Source: Candidatus Sulfomarinibacteraceae bacterium
GTDB lineage: Bacteria; Acidobacteriota; Thermoanaerobaculia; Thermoanaerobaculales; Sulfomarinibacteraceae
Assembly (NCBI GenBank): GCA_963796455.1
Contig: CAWCLO010000004.1
Coordinates: 672,001 to 736,000 of the forward strand
Direction of reading: 5' to 3'
Length of the DNA: 64,000 nt
In this document: positions 41,982-51,081 of the stretch, piece by piece
How positions within the stretch are numbered: position 1 is the first letter of the stretch
How the letters are laid out: each line of letters starts with the position of its first letter
Notes under the pieces: generated by a model
Database searches by the model: none
The model's input: only the letters and a program-made list of their open reading frames with translations
Told to the model about the DNA's origin: nothing
Translations under genes and position numbers: made by a program

Positions 41982-42407
41982 TCACCGCGGCCGGTTCAGC
42001 CGCATGATAACCCGGTTGCCCCGCGGCGAGCCGGGTTGAAAACTGACTTCGTCAAATACCTGATAGATCAACTGCACCCCGAGGCCCCCGGGGGTGACGT
42101 CGTCCGCGCTTGGCCGTACGAGTTCACGCCTCTGGACGTGTTCCGGCCGACAGGGGGTCCCTTCGTCGGAAAGCTCGATTTCCAGGTGTTCCTCGGTCGA
42201 TCGAAGAACCAGGGTCGCGTGGCGGTCCCATCGCCCGTGGTAGGCGTGCCGCATGGCATTCGAACATGCCTCGTCGACTGCCAATACCACCGCGTGCTCG
42301 TTTTCCTCGCCGAGACCGAACGGGGCGATCCAGCTTCGTACCAGCTCCCGAACCGACGCGAGGAGCCTCGGGTCGGTGCGGACCTCGATGCGAAAATCGT
42401 ACGTCAT
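41982..42407 (-). CDS. RsbW/SpoIIAB-like anti-sigma serine kinase (HATPase_c_2)
   Basis: LAVDEACSNAMRHAY, SDEG and GGLGVQLI..VFDEV; ATGA overlap with the upstream phosphatase gene. Confidence 0.9.
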   Translation of the reverse strand: MTYDFRIEVRTDPRLLASVRELVRSWIAPFGLGEENEHAVVLAVDEACSNAMRHAYHGRWDRHATLVLRSTEEHLEIELSDEGTPCRPEHVQRRELVRPSADDVTPGGLGVQLIYQVFDEVSFQPGSPRGNRVIMRLNRPR

Positions 42408-44074
42408 CCGCGAAATCTCAGGGCGATCATCGTGCAATCATCGTGTGGCGCAATCGGCGAACAGTACCGGGTCACATCATCCATTACCGCGGCGATGAGA
42501 TTCTTCGGCCGTGCGAGCGCGTTGTGCCGGACCACCTCTTCGAGGCGATCCATCTCGTACTCGACGTCCTGATCTTCCGAGTCTCCGATCATGGTGGCGA
42601 TCGCCCGCGCTTCGACGATACCGTCGGTGTACATCAAGATGACCGAACCCGGGTCCATTTCGGCAACCGTGTTGCGCCAGGTGAGGTCGGGCAGAATTCC
42701 GACCGGTGGTCCCGAGGCTTCCAATACGTGAGTCAGTTCCGGGCCCGACGCGAGGAGTGCCGGATGGTGCCCTGCATTGGCGCCGATCACCTTGCCGTTC
42801 TCGAGATCGATTTCGAAATAGCACATGGTGCAGAATGCGCCGCGCTGACTGCGAGTGACGAAGTGGTCGTTGATCCGGGCGAGAATGGCCGCAGGCGAAC
42901 GGATGTCGTGGGCGTAGAGCCGAAACTCCGCCAGGATCTGGGCCATGGTCAGCGCCGCCGGGACCCCCTTGCCGCTCACATCACCGATCAAAACGCCGAC
43001 GCGATCGCCGTCGAGCCGGACGAAATCGTAGAAATCGCCGCCGACCACTTTGGCCGGCTGGGTTTCGCCATAAACCTCGAATCGCGCTTCGTCGTCAGGC
43101 CAGTCGCGAACCAGAAATCCCTGTTGGATCTTCCAGGCGGCTTCGATGTCCTGATCCATGCGTTGTTTTTCGAGAACGGCACGGTGGTTTTTGGCGTTGT
43201 CGAGCGCCAATCCGGCGCTGTTGCCGGCCGCCGCGGCGAGCAGCAGATGATCGTTATCGTAGCTCTGCTCGGCGATGTCGCTATCGATGTAGAGGATGCC
43301 GAATATCTGGTTCTTTGCCCGAATCGGCACGCAGATGATCGATGAGAGGTTGAGTGCAGCGATGCTTTTGCTGCTGTCGATGTCGTCGTTCGTCCAACCC
43401 GAGTGATAGAGGACGTTTTCGCCGTCTTTGAGCACCCGACGGGCGACCGATTCACTGATCGCGATGTCCTCGACCCTGGCTGTTTGCGAGACGCCGGACC
43501 GGATCGTGTGCACGTGACCGCACTCGGCACAGGGCAGGAGCTCGGCTCCCGCTCCGGCATAGAGGATCGCTCCCCGTTGTCCGCGAATTGCTTCCATTGT
43601 GGTGTTGAGCACGCGGTCGGCAAGATCGCATGGGTTGAAATTCGAACCGAGAGCGTTCATCAACGTATAGGCCGCCTCGAGAAGTTCCTGCGATCTCGAG
43701 GCCGGCGGCGCCTCTTTTTCATGGCCGGTTTCGTCGAGCACCGTCTGCATGAAGACGGTCCTGTCCGACGCCGTGAACCCGGTCTCGTCACCGATTTCAA
43801 AAGTGAAGACCGTCGTCCCGATTCCGATCCGATCGCCGTCCCGGAGCTCGGCGTCGGTGACCCGGCGGTTGTTGATGAGGGTTCCATTGCTGCTGCCGAG
43901 ATCACGGCAAACAAAAACATCTCCGGCAGGGCGGATCTCGATGTGCTGGCGGGAGGCGGCGGCGTCGTTGACAACCAATCCGCAGGCGCTCGAACGCCCG
44001 ATGATCAGGGTCTGGCCGATTGCGACCCGACGCCGCTCGGCTCCCTGACCGTGAATAATGTACCCCTGCCGCAT
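42404..44074 (-). CDS. FHA-GAF-SpoIIE (PP2C, RsbU-like) phosphatase
   Basis: FHA motifs IGRS, ASRQH and DLGSSNGT; GAF SIICVPI...GILYID; PP2C VGGDFYD, GDVSGKGVPAAL, NAGH, YTDGIVE and DDCT. Confidence 0.93.
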   Translation of the reverse strand: MRQGYIIHGQGAERRRVAIGQTLIIGRSSACGLVVNDAAASRQHIEIRPAGDVFVCRDLGSSNGTLINNRRVTDAELRDGDRIGIGTTVFTFEIGDETGFTASDRTVFMQTVLDETGHEKEAPPASRSQELLEAAYTLMNALGSNFNPCDLADRVLNTTMEAIRGQRGAILYAGAGAELLPCAECGHVHTIRSGVSQTARVEDIAISESVARRVLKDGENVLYHSGWTNDDIDSSKSIAALNLSSIICVPIRAKNQIFGILYIDSDIAEQSYDNDHLLLAAAAGNSAGLALDNAKNHRAVLEKQRMDQDIEAAWKIQQGFLVRDWPDDEARFEVYGETQPAKVVGGDFYDFVRLDGDRVGVLIGDVSGKGVPAALTMAQILAEFRLYAHDIRSPAAILARINDHFVTRSQRGAFCTMCYFEIDLENGKVIGANAGHHPALLASGPELTHVLEASGPPVGILPDLTWRNTVAEMDPGSVILMYTDGIVEARAIATMIGDSEDQDVEYEMDRLEEVVRHNALARPKNLIAAVMDDVTRYCSPIAPHDDCTMIALRFRG

Positions 44075-44264
44075 ATCCGATGCCCCCTGCCTCTTCCCTC
44101 GCGCTGGCCGTGGTCGTGGACGAACGGGTTCTCAGGCCGAACTATACATCAGCGCTGTTCGAACTTACCCGGACACTGGTCCACTGAAACCCCGGGAATG
44201 GGGATCGGGGACAATGGTAGAGGCAAACTGGCGAAAGCCTGAAATCAAATCGGGGAGGCGGGCC

Positions 44265-45203
44265 ATGGCGACGTATCGGGTATTGTCGATCGACGGCGGT
44301 GGAATTCGCGGCCTGGTCACCACGGTCATGCTGCAGCGTCTGGTGGCGGAACCGGGTCTCGGGGGCTTTCTCGACCGGATCGATCTCGCTGCCGGCACCT
44401 CGACGGGTGGCCTGCTCGCTCTCGGGTTGGCCAAGGGCCTCGATCTCGAGGAGATCCGTCGCCTTTACGTGGATGCCGGGCCAAAGATATTCGACGATTC
44501 GTGGTTGGACGATCTGGTCGATCTCGGCAAGCTTCGAGGCGCCGACTACGACATCAAGACACTCCGTCGTGAGCTCAAAAGAATTCTCGGAGAGACGACG
44601 ACGCTGGGTCAGTTGAAAAAACGTGTACTGGTCACCGCCTTCGACCTCGACAACCAGGACTCGGATCCCTCCAAAAGGACCTGGAAGCCGAAGCTGTTTC
44701 ACAATTTCCCCGGTCGCGGGAACGACCGCCGCTCGCTGGCCTACAAGGTGGGGCTCTACACCTCGGCGGCGCCGACCTATTTCCCCTCGGTCGACGGCTT
44801 CATCGATGGCGGCGTCTACGCAGGAAACCCCGCCATGTGCGCCCTTGCGCAGACCCAGGACAAACGATACAAACCGACGCCGGTGCTCGATGAAGTCGTG
44901 CTCCTGTCGCTCGGTACCGGTACCAGCCTGATTCACATCAAGCGAAAAAGCCTGGATTGGGGCTATGCACAGTGGATCAAGCCGCTCGTGAACCTGATGC
45001 TCGACGGATCGGCCGGAATCGCCGATTATCAGTGTTACCAGATGTTGAACGAGCACTATCACCGATTGGCCCCCGTTTTCCCGGCCGGTACCACGGTGCC
45101 GATGGATGGGGTTCAAAAGATCCCGGAGATGATCGCCTTTGCGGAGTCGGTGGATATTCGAAAAACGGCCGCCTGGATTCGCCGCCACTGGATGGGGGAG
45201 TAG
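44265..45203 (+). CDS. Patatin-like phospholipase
   Basis: GGGGAGG RBS; LSIDGGGIRG, GTSTG, SAAPTYF and DGG. Confidence 0.93.
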   Translation: MATYRVLSIDGGGIRGLVTTVMLQRLVAEPGLGGFLDRIDLAAGTSTGGLLALGLAKGLDLEEIRRLYVDAGPKIFDDSWLDDLVDLGKLRGADYDIKTLRRELKRILGETTTLGQLKKRVLVTAFDLDNQDSDPSKRTWKPKLFHNFPGRGNDRRSLAYKVGLYTSAAPTYFPSVDGFIDGGVYAGNPAMCALAQTQDKRYKPTPVLDEVVLLSLGTGTSLIHIKRKSLDWGYAQWIKPLVNLMLDGSAGIADYQCYQMLNEHYHRLAPVFPAGTTVPMDGVQKIPEMIAFAESVDIRKTAAWIRRHWMGE

Positions 45204-45209
45204 TCGATC

Positions 45210-45686
45210 GTGGACGGCCTCAGAAAATGTCGATCGCTGTTCGTTGTGGCGGCTCTCTGCGTTGTTTCGCAGGGCTGCGCAAGTGGTGGCCGGGCGGCCA
45301 CCTCCGAGCCGGTGCCGAATGGGTGGCCGGTTCCTTATGACGTGGCCTCCGTTTCGTCCTCTTTTGGTGCTCCCCGGGGAAATGGAAGGCACCAGGGCCT
45401 CGATCTCACCGCACCCAAAGGAACTCCGGTTCGGGCGACTGCCGACGGAGTCGTGGTCTTTGCCGGCCGTTCCGGGGATTTCGGCCGCTTGGTGATCATC
45501 GATCACGGCGATGGATGGCAAACCCGCTATGCCCACCTCAAGGAGATCGAGACCAGGGAGGGGCGACGGGTGCAGCGGGCGACGGTGATCGGCACGGTTG
45601 GGAAGAGCGGCAATGCTTCGGGATACCACCTCCACTACGAAGTTCTGCGCGATGGCGCGGCCGTGGATCCGGGTCCGTTCTTGTGA
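45210..45686 (+). CDS. M23 family metallopeptidase, lipoprotein
   Basis: SQGC lipobox; HQGLD, YAHL and HLHYEV. Confidence 0.9.
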   Translation: MDGLRKCRSLFVVAALCVVSQGCASGGRAATSEPVPNGWPVPYDVASVSSSFGAPRGNGRHQGLDLTAPKGTPVRATADGVVVFAGRSGDFGRLVIIDHGDGWQTRYAHLKEIETREGRRVQRATVIGTVGKSGNASGYHLHYEVLRDGAAVDPGPFL

Positions 45687-45732
45687 CCGATCTACGGAAA
45701 CCGCCGGTCGGGTGGAGCGGAGGGCGGCCGAC

Positions 45733-46401
45733 GTGAACGGCCGCCTGTCCGAGGAACTCGCCACCTACTGTTCGGATCGGATCGCGGAGTTCGACCGGAT
45801 ATCCGCAGAGCGCCAACAGACCCTCGACCTTCTGGCGCGGGCTGTTGGCGAGAGGCTCGAAACCGAGGATTCGGCGGAGGTCATATTCATCTGCACCCAC
45901 AACTCACGCCGCAGCCACTTGACTCAGCTGTGGGCGCAGACCGCTGCCCACCTCTATGGAGTCGGCGGGGTCTCGACCTTTTCCGGCGGTACCGAGGCGA
46001 CCGCCTTCAACCCCAGTGCGGTTGCGGCTGTCCGGCGGGCCGGTTTCTCGGTTCGCCGGGCGACGGCCGGCGACAACCCCATTTACCGCATCCGCTGCGA
46101 CGAGCAGATGGAGGCCATGGAGTGTTTCTCCAAGGTCTACGACGAGCCACCGAATCCACAGCGTGGATTCATCGCCGTGCTGACCTGTTCGGCTGCCGAC
46201 GCAGCGTGTCCGGTGGTAGAGGGTGCGGCGGCGCGAATCGCGATCCCCTACGACGATCCAAAGGATTTCGATGGAACGCCGCGGGAAGCGGCGGTCTACG
46301 ACGAGCGTTGCCGTCAGATTGCGCGTGAAATGTTGTCTGTCTTCAGGATCCTCGCTGCGGGCCGAGCAATTGATGATCCCCGCACGTGGGCCAAAGGGTG
46401 A
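45733..46401 (+). CDS. Low-molecular-weight protein-tyrosine phosphatase / arsenate reductase-like protein
   Basis: FICTHNSRRS (CX5R), SGGTEATAF, TCSAADAACP and YDDPK. Confidence 0.88.
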   Translation: MNGRLSEELATYCSDRIAEFDRISAERQQTLDLLARAVGERLETEDSAEVIFICTHNSRRSHLTQLWAQTAAHLYGVGGVSTFSGGTEATAFNPSAVAAVRRAGFSVRRATAGDNPIYRIRCDEQMEAMECFSKVYDEPPNPQRGFIAVLTCSAADAACPVVEGAAARIAIPYDDPKDFDGTPREAAVYDERCRQIAREMLSVFRILAAGRAIDDPRTWAKG

Positions 46402-46421
46402 AGGCAGGGTAGACTCTCGCT

Positions 46422-47369
46422 ATGGAGAAATGGCTGCACGACCTGCAACGCTTTGTTGAGGGCTCACTCGGTTTGTCTCCCGAGCTCTTTGACAAGATCC
46501 TGGCGACCATCGTAGTCGCTGTCTTGTTGTTGCTCGCTCGGCGCGCAATCCTCTACATCCTGAGTCGCCGCGTCCACGACATCGGTCGCCGCTACATCGC
46601 CGTCAAGACCATCAACTACTTTCTCGGTTTTTGTGCGACGCTGGCCCTGTTGCGGATCTGGCTCGGAGGTTTGACCGGGCTTGCCGCCTCGATCGGCATT
46701 GTCTCCGCCGGTATCGCCATCGCTCTCCACGCCCCACTCGGCAATCTCGCCGGTTGGGTGTTCCTCAGTATTCGGCGGCCTTTTACGGTCGGTGACCGAA
46801 TTCAGATCGGAGACTGTGCCGGCGACGTCATCGATCTCAGGCTCTTTGCTTTTTCGCTGGTTGAAATCGGCAACTGGGTCAATGCCGACCAGAGCACCGG
46901 TCGAATTCTCCACATTCCCAACGGGAGGGTTTTTACGGAAATGGTGGCGAACTACACTCAGGGATTCAATTTCATCTGGGACGAGCTTCCGGTGACGGTG
47001 ACCTTCGAAAGTGACTGGCGAAAAGCCAAGGCCCTGTTGTCGGAGATCGCCGGACACCACGCCGCCCTCACCAAGGAGGACGCGGCCCGGCAGGTGCGCC
47101 GCGCGGCCAACAAGTACCTCATCCACTATCAACACCTGACGCCGATCGTCTGGACCTCGGTGGCCGACATCGGGGTGACCCTGACCCTCCGGTTTCTGAC
47201 CGATCCGCGCAAGCGGAGGTCGGTCGAAGAGGCCATGTGGGAGGAGATTCTCGATGTCTTCGCCGCCCACGACGATATCGATTTTGCCTACCCGACCCAG
47301 CGCTTTTATGACAACCTGAGCGAGGGCAAACCGGGAGCGAGAGCACCTGCGGCCGGCGACGATCGTTGA
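46422..47369 (+). CDS. MscS-family mechanosensitive channel
   Basis: RPFTVGDRIQIG, GDVIDL, STGRILHIPN and FAYPT. Confidence 0.9.
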   Translation: MEKWLHDLQRFVEGSLGLSPELFDKILATIVVAVLLLLARRAILYILSRRVHDIGRRYIAVKTINYFLGFCATLALLRIWLGGLTGLAASIGIVSAGIAIALHAPLGNLAGWVFLSIRRPFTVGDRIQIGDCAGDVIDLRLFAFSLVEIGNWVNADQSTGRILHIPNGRVFTEMVANYTQGFNFIWDELPVTVTFESDWRKAKALLSEIAGHHAALTKEDAARQVRRAANKYLIHYQHLTPIVWTSVADIGVTLTLRFLTDPRKRRSVEEAMWEEILDVFAAHDDIDFAYPTQRFYDNLSEGKPGARAPAAGDDR

Positions 47370-47393
47370 CCGAAAAATTTTCAGGAGGTCGTG

Positions 47394-49254
47394 ATGGGTC
47401 GGGAAATGGATGTGATGACTTCTTGCGAGCTCTTCCAGGGCCTGGCTCCCGCGACGCTGGAACAATTGGCGAAGTTGGCCCGACGCGAGATCATTGAAGA
47501 CGGACAACTGGTCTTCGAAGTCGGTGCTCCGCGAAGAGGCCTCTATGTGATCGTTGCCGGAAACCTCGGGGTGATCGTGGGTGGCGGCAACGAATCCGAT
47601 CTTCGGATTCTGCTCGGCCCCGGCGAAGCGATCGGCGAAGCGGCGCTCATCGACCAGTCACAACACACGGCCACCGTTCGGGCGCGTGGTCGGGCCGAGG
47701 TCCTGGAGCTGAATGCCGACGAAGTGATCGCCGCGCTCGCCGACGAGCCACAGGATCTCCACCGTCTGCTCTCCAACGTCACCACCATTATCGTCAGGAG
47801 AATGCAGTACGCGGCCTACCGGAGGGTGGGTTGGGAGCAGATCTATCGTTCGGGCGCGACCCGGTTGGAACACGATCTTCTCGGCGAACGGGAGGTTCCG
47901 GACGACGCCCGTTATGGGGTCCAGACTCTGCGGGCGATGGAAAATTTTGACATCACGGGCATCCGTCTCGGCCACTATCCCCATCTCGTGCGGGCCATGG
48001 CCATCGTCAAACAAGCCGCCGCGCGGGCCAACCAGGACCTCGGATTGCTCGATGAGGAAATCGCCTCAGCCATCGAATACGCCTGCCAAGAAATCATCGA
48101 CGGTCATTGGCACGGTCATTTTGTGGTCGATGTGGTGCAGGGAGGTGCCGGCACCTCCACCAACATGAATGCCAACGAGGTGATCGCCAACCGAGCGCTC
48201 GAACTGCTCGGTCACCATCGCGGCGACTACCAGTACTGCCACCCCAACAATCACGTCAATCTCTCCCAGTCGACCAACGACGTCTATCCGACCGCGGTCC
48301 GGGTCGCGCTCCTTCTCGAGCTCGATGAGTTGCTCGCCGAGTTGGAGGCCTTCGAAAAAGTGCTCGAGGCGAAGGCTGCGGAGTTTGCCGACGTCCTCAA
48401 AATGGGTCGTACCCAGCTCCAGGACGCTGTGCCCATGACCCTGGGCCAGGAGTTCGAGGCATTCGCGGTGACCACCGCGGAGGACATCCTGCGGTTGCGC
48501 GAAACGGCCCGTCTCTTTCTCGAGGTCAATCTCGGCGGCACGGCCATCGGTACCGGGATCAACGCCGACCCACGCTATCCGCAGATGGCGGTTGACGAGT
48601 TGACAAAGATCACCGGGCTCGATTTCGTGCTGGCTGCAAATCTCGTCGAGGCAACTCCCGACACCGGTGCGTTCGTGATGTTTTCGGGTGTTTTAAAGAG
48701 GGTTGCGGTCAAGCTCTCGAAGCTCTGCAACGACCTCCGTCTCTTGTCCTCGGGCCCGCGCTGCGGGTTCAACGAGATCAATCTTCCGGCCATGCAACCG
48801 GGGTCTTCGATCATGCCCGGCAAGGTCAACCCAGTGATTCCGGAGGTAGTCAACCAGATCGCCTTTCAGGTCATCGGCAACGATCTCACTATCACGATGG
48901 CGGCCGAAGCCGGGCAGCTGCAGCTCAACGTGATGGAGCCGATCATCACCTTCAACCTTTTCGAATCCCTCGATATGCTGACTGCCGGTGTCCGGGTCTT
49001 CACGCGAACGGTGTATCGCAGGCATCACCGTCAATCGGGATCGGTGCCGCGATCTGATCGAATCTTCGATCGGTGTCGTCACTGCGCTGGTGCCGGTGAT
49101 CGGCTACGAACGGGCCGGCGAGGTTGCCAAGGAAGCCCTGTCCAGCGGCCGCTCGGTGCGGGAGATTCTGCTTGAAGATGGTGATCTCGACCAGGCGGAA
49201 ATCGACAAGTGGCTTTCGCCGGAGGCGATGACCAAACCACGAAACCTCACGTAG
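47394..49254 (+). CDS. aspA: Aspartate ammonia-lyase with N-terminal cyclic-nucleotide-binding domain; frameshift near 49002
   Basis: cNMP domain (LYVIVAG, IGEAALID, ATVRA); aspartase YGVQTLRA, QGGAGTSTNMN, GRTQLQDA and PGSSIMPGKVNP; C-terminus CIAGIT...IGYE...LSPEAM in another frame. Confidence 0.9.
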
Positions 49255-49264
49255 GAGCTGGACC

Positions 49265-49394
49265 CAGGATGCAGGATGCAGGATTCAGGGAACAGAGGAG
49301 ACCCGGTCCCTGTCACAAACGACGTTTCCGGTAGTGTTACCCCTTTCTCCCTTTCTCCCTTTCTCCCTTTCTCCCTTTCTCCCTTTCTCCCTTT
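49265..49394. repeat. (CAGGATG)n heptamers and (TTTCTCCC)x6 octamers
   Basis: Heptamers at 49265-49289, octamers at 49344-49391. The octamer is the reverse complement of the array at 32756. Confidence 0.85.
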
Positions 49395-49422
49395 CGGGAA
49401 CGGGATCGGGACTGTCGGTCAA

Positions 49423-49543
49423 GATGTCATCCTGAGCGAAGCGCCTTCGGCGCGAAGTCGAAGGATCTGCGGTCCGGGAATCTCTGTCCATTTCATAGAT
49501 CCTTCGACTACGCCCCATATGGGACTCCGCTCAGGATGACATC
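49423..49543. repeat. REP/MITE-like palindrome of the GTCATCCTGAGCGAAG...CGCTCAGGATGAC type
   Basis: Perfect 16-bp terminal inverted repeat gatgtcatcctgagcg / cgctcaggatgacatc with an inner agtcgaaggatct / agatccttcgact pair. Confidence 0.88.
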
Positions 49544-49628
49544 GGGAGGCGGCATTCGCTTGAGTTCGAAGTCTGTGCGGGTGTTTCTTCGCTTCCCATC
49601 CGCCTCTCTTGTGGATCGATCTCGCCGT

Positions 49629-49716
49629 CGATTGCGATAGCGATCCCGATAGCGATAGCGATAGCGATGAGCTGGCCCTCGTGCCCCTCCGCCCCTCTGC
49701 CCCTCCGCCCCTCTGC
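49629..49716. repeat. (CGATAG)n hexamers and (GCCCCTCY)x4 octamers
   Basis: Hexamers at 49629-49670 (same family as 31748, inverted); octamers at 49683-49716. Confidence 0.8.
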
Positions 49717-49813
49717 TATGTCTGGGAGATCGAGCATCGAGGGAGTAGGCGGTCTCCCTTTCACCCTTTCTCGCTCTCGGGGACGGGATCGAGTTCCAAA
49801 GAGAATGGTCGGC

Positions 49814-51049
49814 TCAGAAACCCCAGCGCGTGAAGAACCAGACCTTCTGGGTGTCGACGGTCCATTCGTCAGCGTCGTAGAGGGCGAACTTGAGTCCGAA
49901 CTGCTGTTTCCAGGAGGTCTTGTAGACCGCGAAACCATCGAGCTCGGTGCCGTAGGACGCGCCGCCGCTGTCGGCGGAGAAGTCGTGGTATTCGGCGCCC
50001 AGAGTCCATCTTCCGACTTTGGCGTTGACGGTCAGGAACAGGTCCTGGAGACCGTTTGCAGGAGTCGCCAGAAAGCGATCGGCCCATCCGTTGAATTTGT
50101 GCAGGGTGGCGAGGGGGGTGTTGAAGCTGCCATCACCCGCGGCGCCGCCGAGTAGCTCATACCCGGCGCCGAAGGTCACCTTGCCGACCTTGAGTCCGAG
50201 ATCGGCGCGGCCGTAGTTCGCATCGACGGATTCGGGGTTGTTGGCGGTGTCGCTCTGGGTCGCGAGCTCCAGACGGTAGCTCAGGTCGAGGCTGTCCGAT
50301 AGCGGAGCAGAACCGGCAAAGGAGGCCCCGATCGTGCTGGTCGAGAGTCTCCAGAGTGTCTCCTGATCGTAGTCGATGGAGAGCAGGTAGGCGCGCAGGG
50401 TTCCCGCCTTCCCGAGCTTCAGCGAGCCGTCGAGATGGCTGGTGGACATGGGCCGCTCGGCACCGGTGACGGTTCTCTGGCGGCCGATATAGGTGTATCC
50501 GAGGGAGATGTTCTTGAAGCCGTTGAAGTGGACCATTCCGGCGTCGTAGCCCTGGTGATTCTGGCGCCAGCCCACGTTCCCGATGAAGCGAGAGTTGTCG
50601 ACGATGATCTCCTGCCGCCCGCCACGAAACGGCAGGGTCTTGATGGGTTTCCACTCGAGGTAGGCCTGGTTGATCTCGGTGATCGGAGGATCGGCAATGA
50701 CCGGCCGGTCGGTGACGCCGTTCCACAACGAGCCGTGGCCCGCGTTGTTGTGCTCGTTCGACATTCCGATGTTGCGCACGTCCTCGAACTCCACGAATGC
50801 GGACAGATTCTGCCACCAGAGCGTGCGGTAGCCGAGAGCGGTACGAATGGTCGAGGCAAGGCCCCGCTCGTCGCCGTTGTCGAGATCAACGTTCTCATAG
50901 CGGTAGTTCAGGTTGAGCGAAATCTTGCCTTTGGTGAGGGCGTCTCCCAGTGCCGGGTCCTCATCTTCCGCGGAGGCGAAGCTCGCCAGGCCGGCGACGG
51001 CGACGATCACAAAAATCGAAACGATGATCTGAAACGGTCTGCGATTCAT
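49814..51049 (-). CDS. Outer-membrane beta-barrel porin (alginate-export-family-like)
   Basis: GAGGAG RBS; signal peptide; YRYENV, GRQEI..DNSRFIGNVGWRQN, FNTPLATLHKFNGWADRF; terminal F. Confidence 0.85.
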   Translation of the reverse strand: MNRRPFQIIVSIFVIVAVAGLASFASAEDEDPALGDALTKGKISLNLNYRYENVDLDNGDERGLASTIRTALGYRTLWWQNLSAFVEFEDVRNIGMSNEHNNAGHGSLWNGVTDRPVIADPPITEINQAYLEWKPIKTLPFRGGRQEIIVDNSRFIGNVGWRQNHQGYDAGMVHFNGFKNISLGYTYIGRQRTVTGAERPMSTSHLDGSLKLGKAGTLRAYLLSIDYDQETLWRLSTSTIGASFAGSAPLSDSLDLSYRLELATQSDTANNPESVDANYGRADLGLKVGKVTFGAGYELLGGAAGDGSFNTPLATLHKFNGWADRFLATPANGLQDLFLTVNAKVGRWTLGAEYHDFSADSGGASYGTELDGFAVYKTSWKQQFGLKFALYDADEWTVDTQKVWFFTRWGF

Positions 51050-51081
51050 GGTGTTCTCCTCGGCCGGCCTCGGGGCCGCCA

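Noticed and set aside
44265..45203. CBASS CapV-type effector
   Set aside because: No CD-NTase or Cap2/Cap3 gene nearby; the neighbours are lipid transport and envelope genes.
45733..46401. Arsenic resistance operon
   Set aside because: Only a lone CX5R protein; no arsR, acr3 or arsB adjacent.
48988..49254. Separate small gene or programmed frameshift in aspA
   Set aside because: It is the normal AspA C-terminus and no slippery heptamer is present; a single-base error or mutation is simpler.
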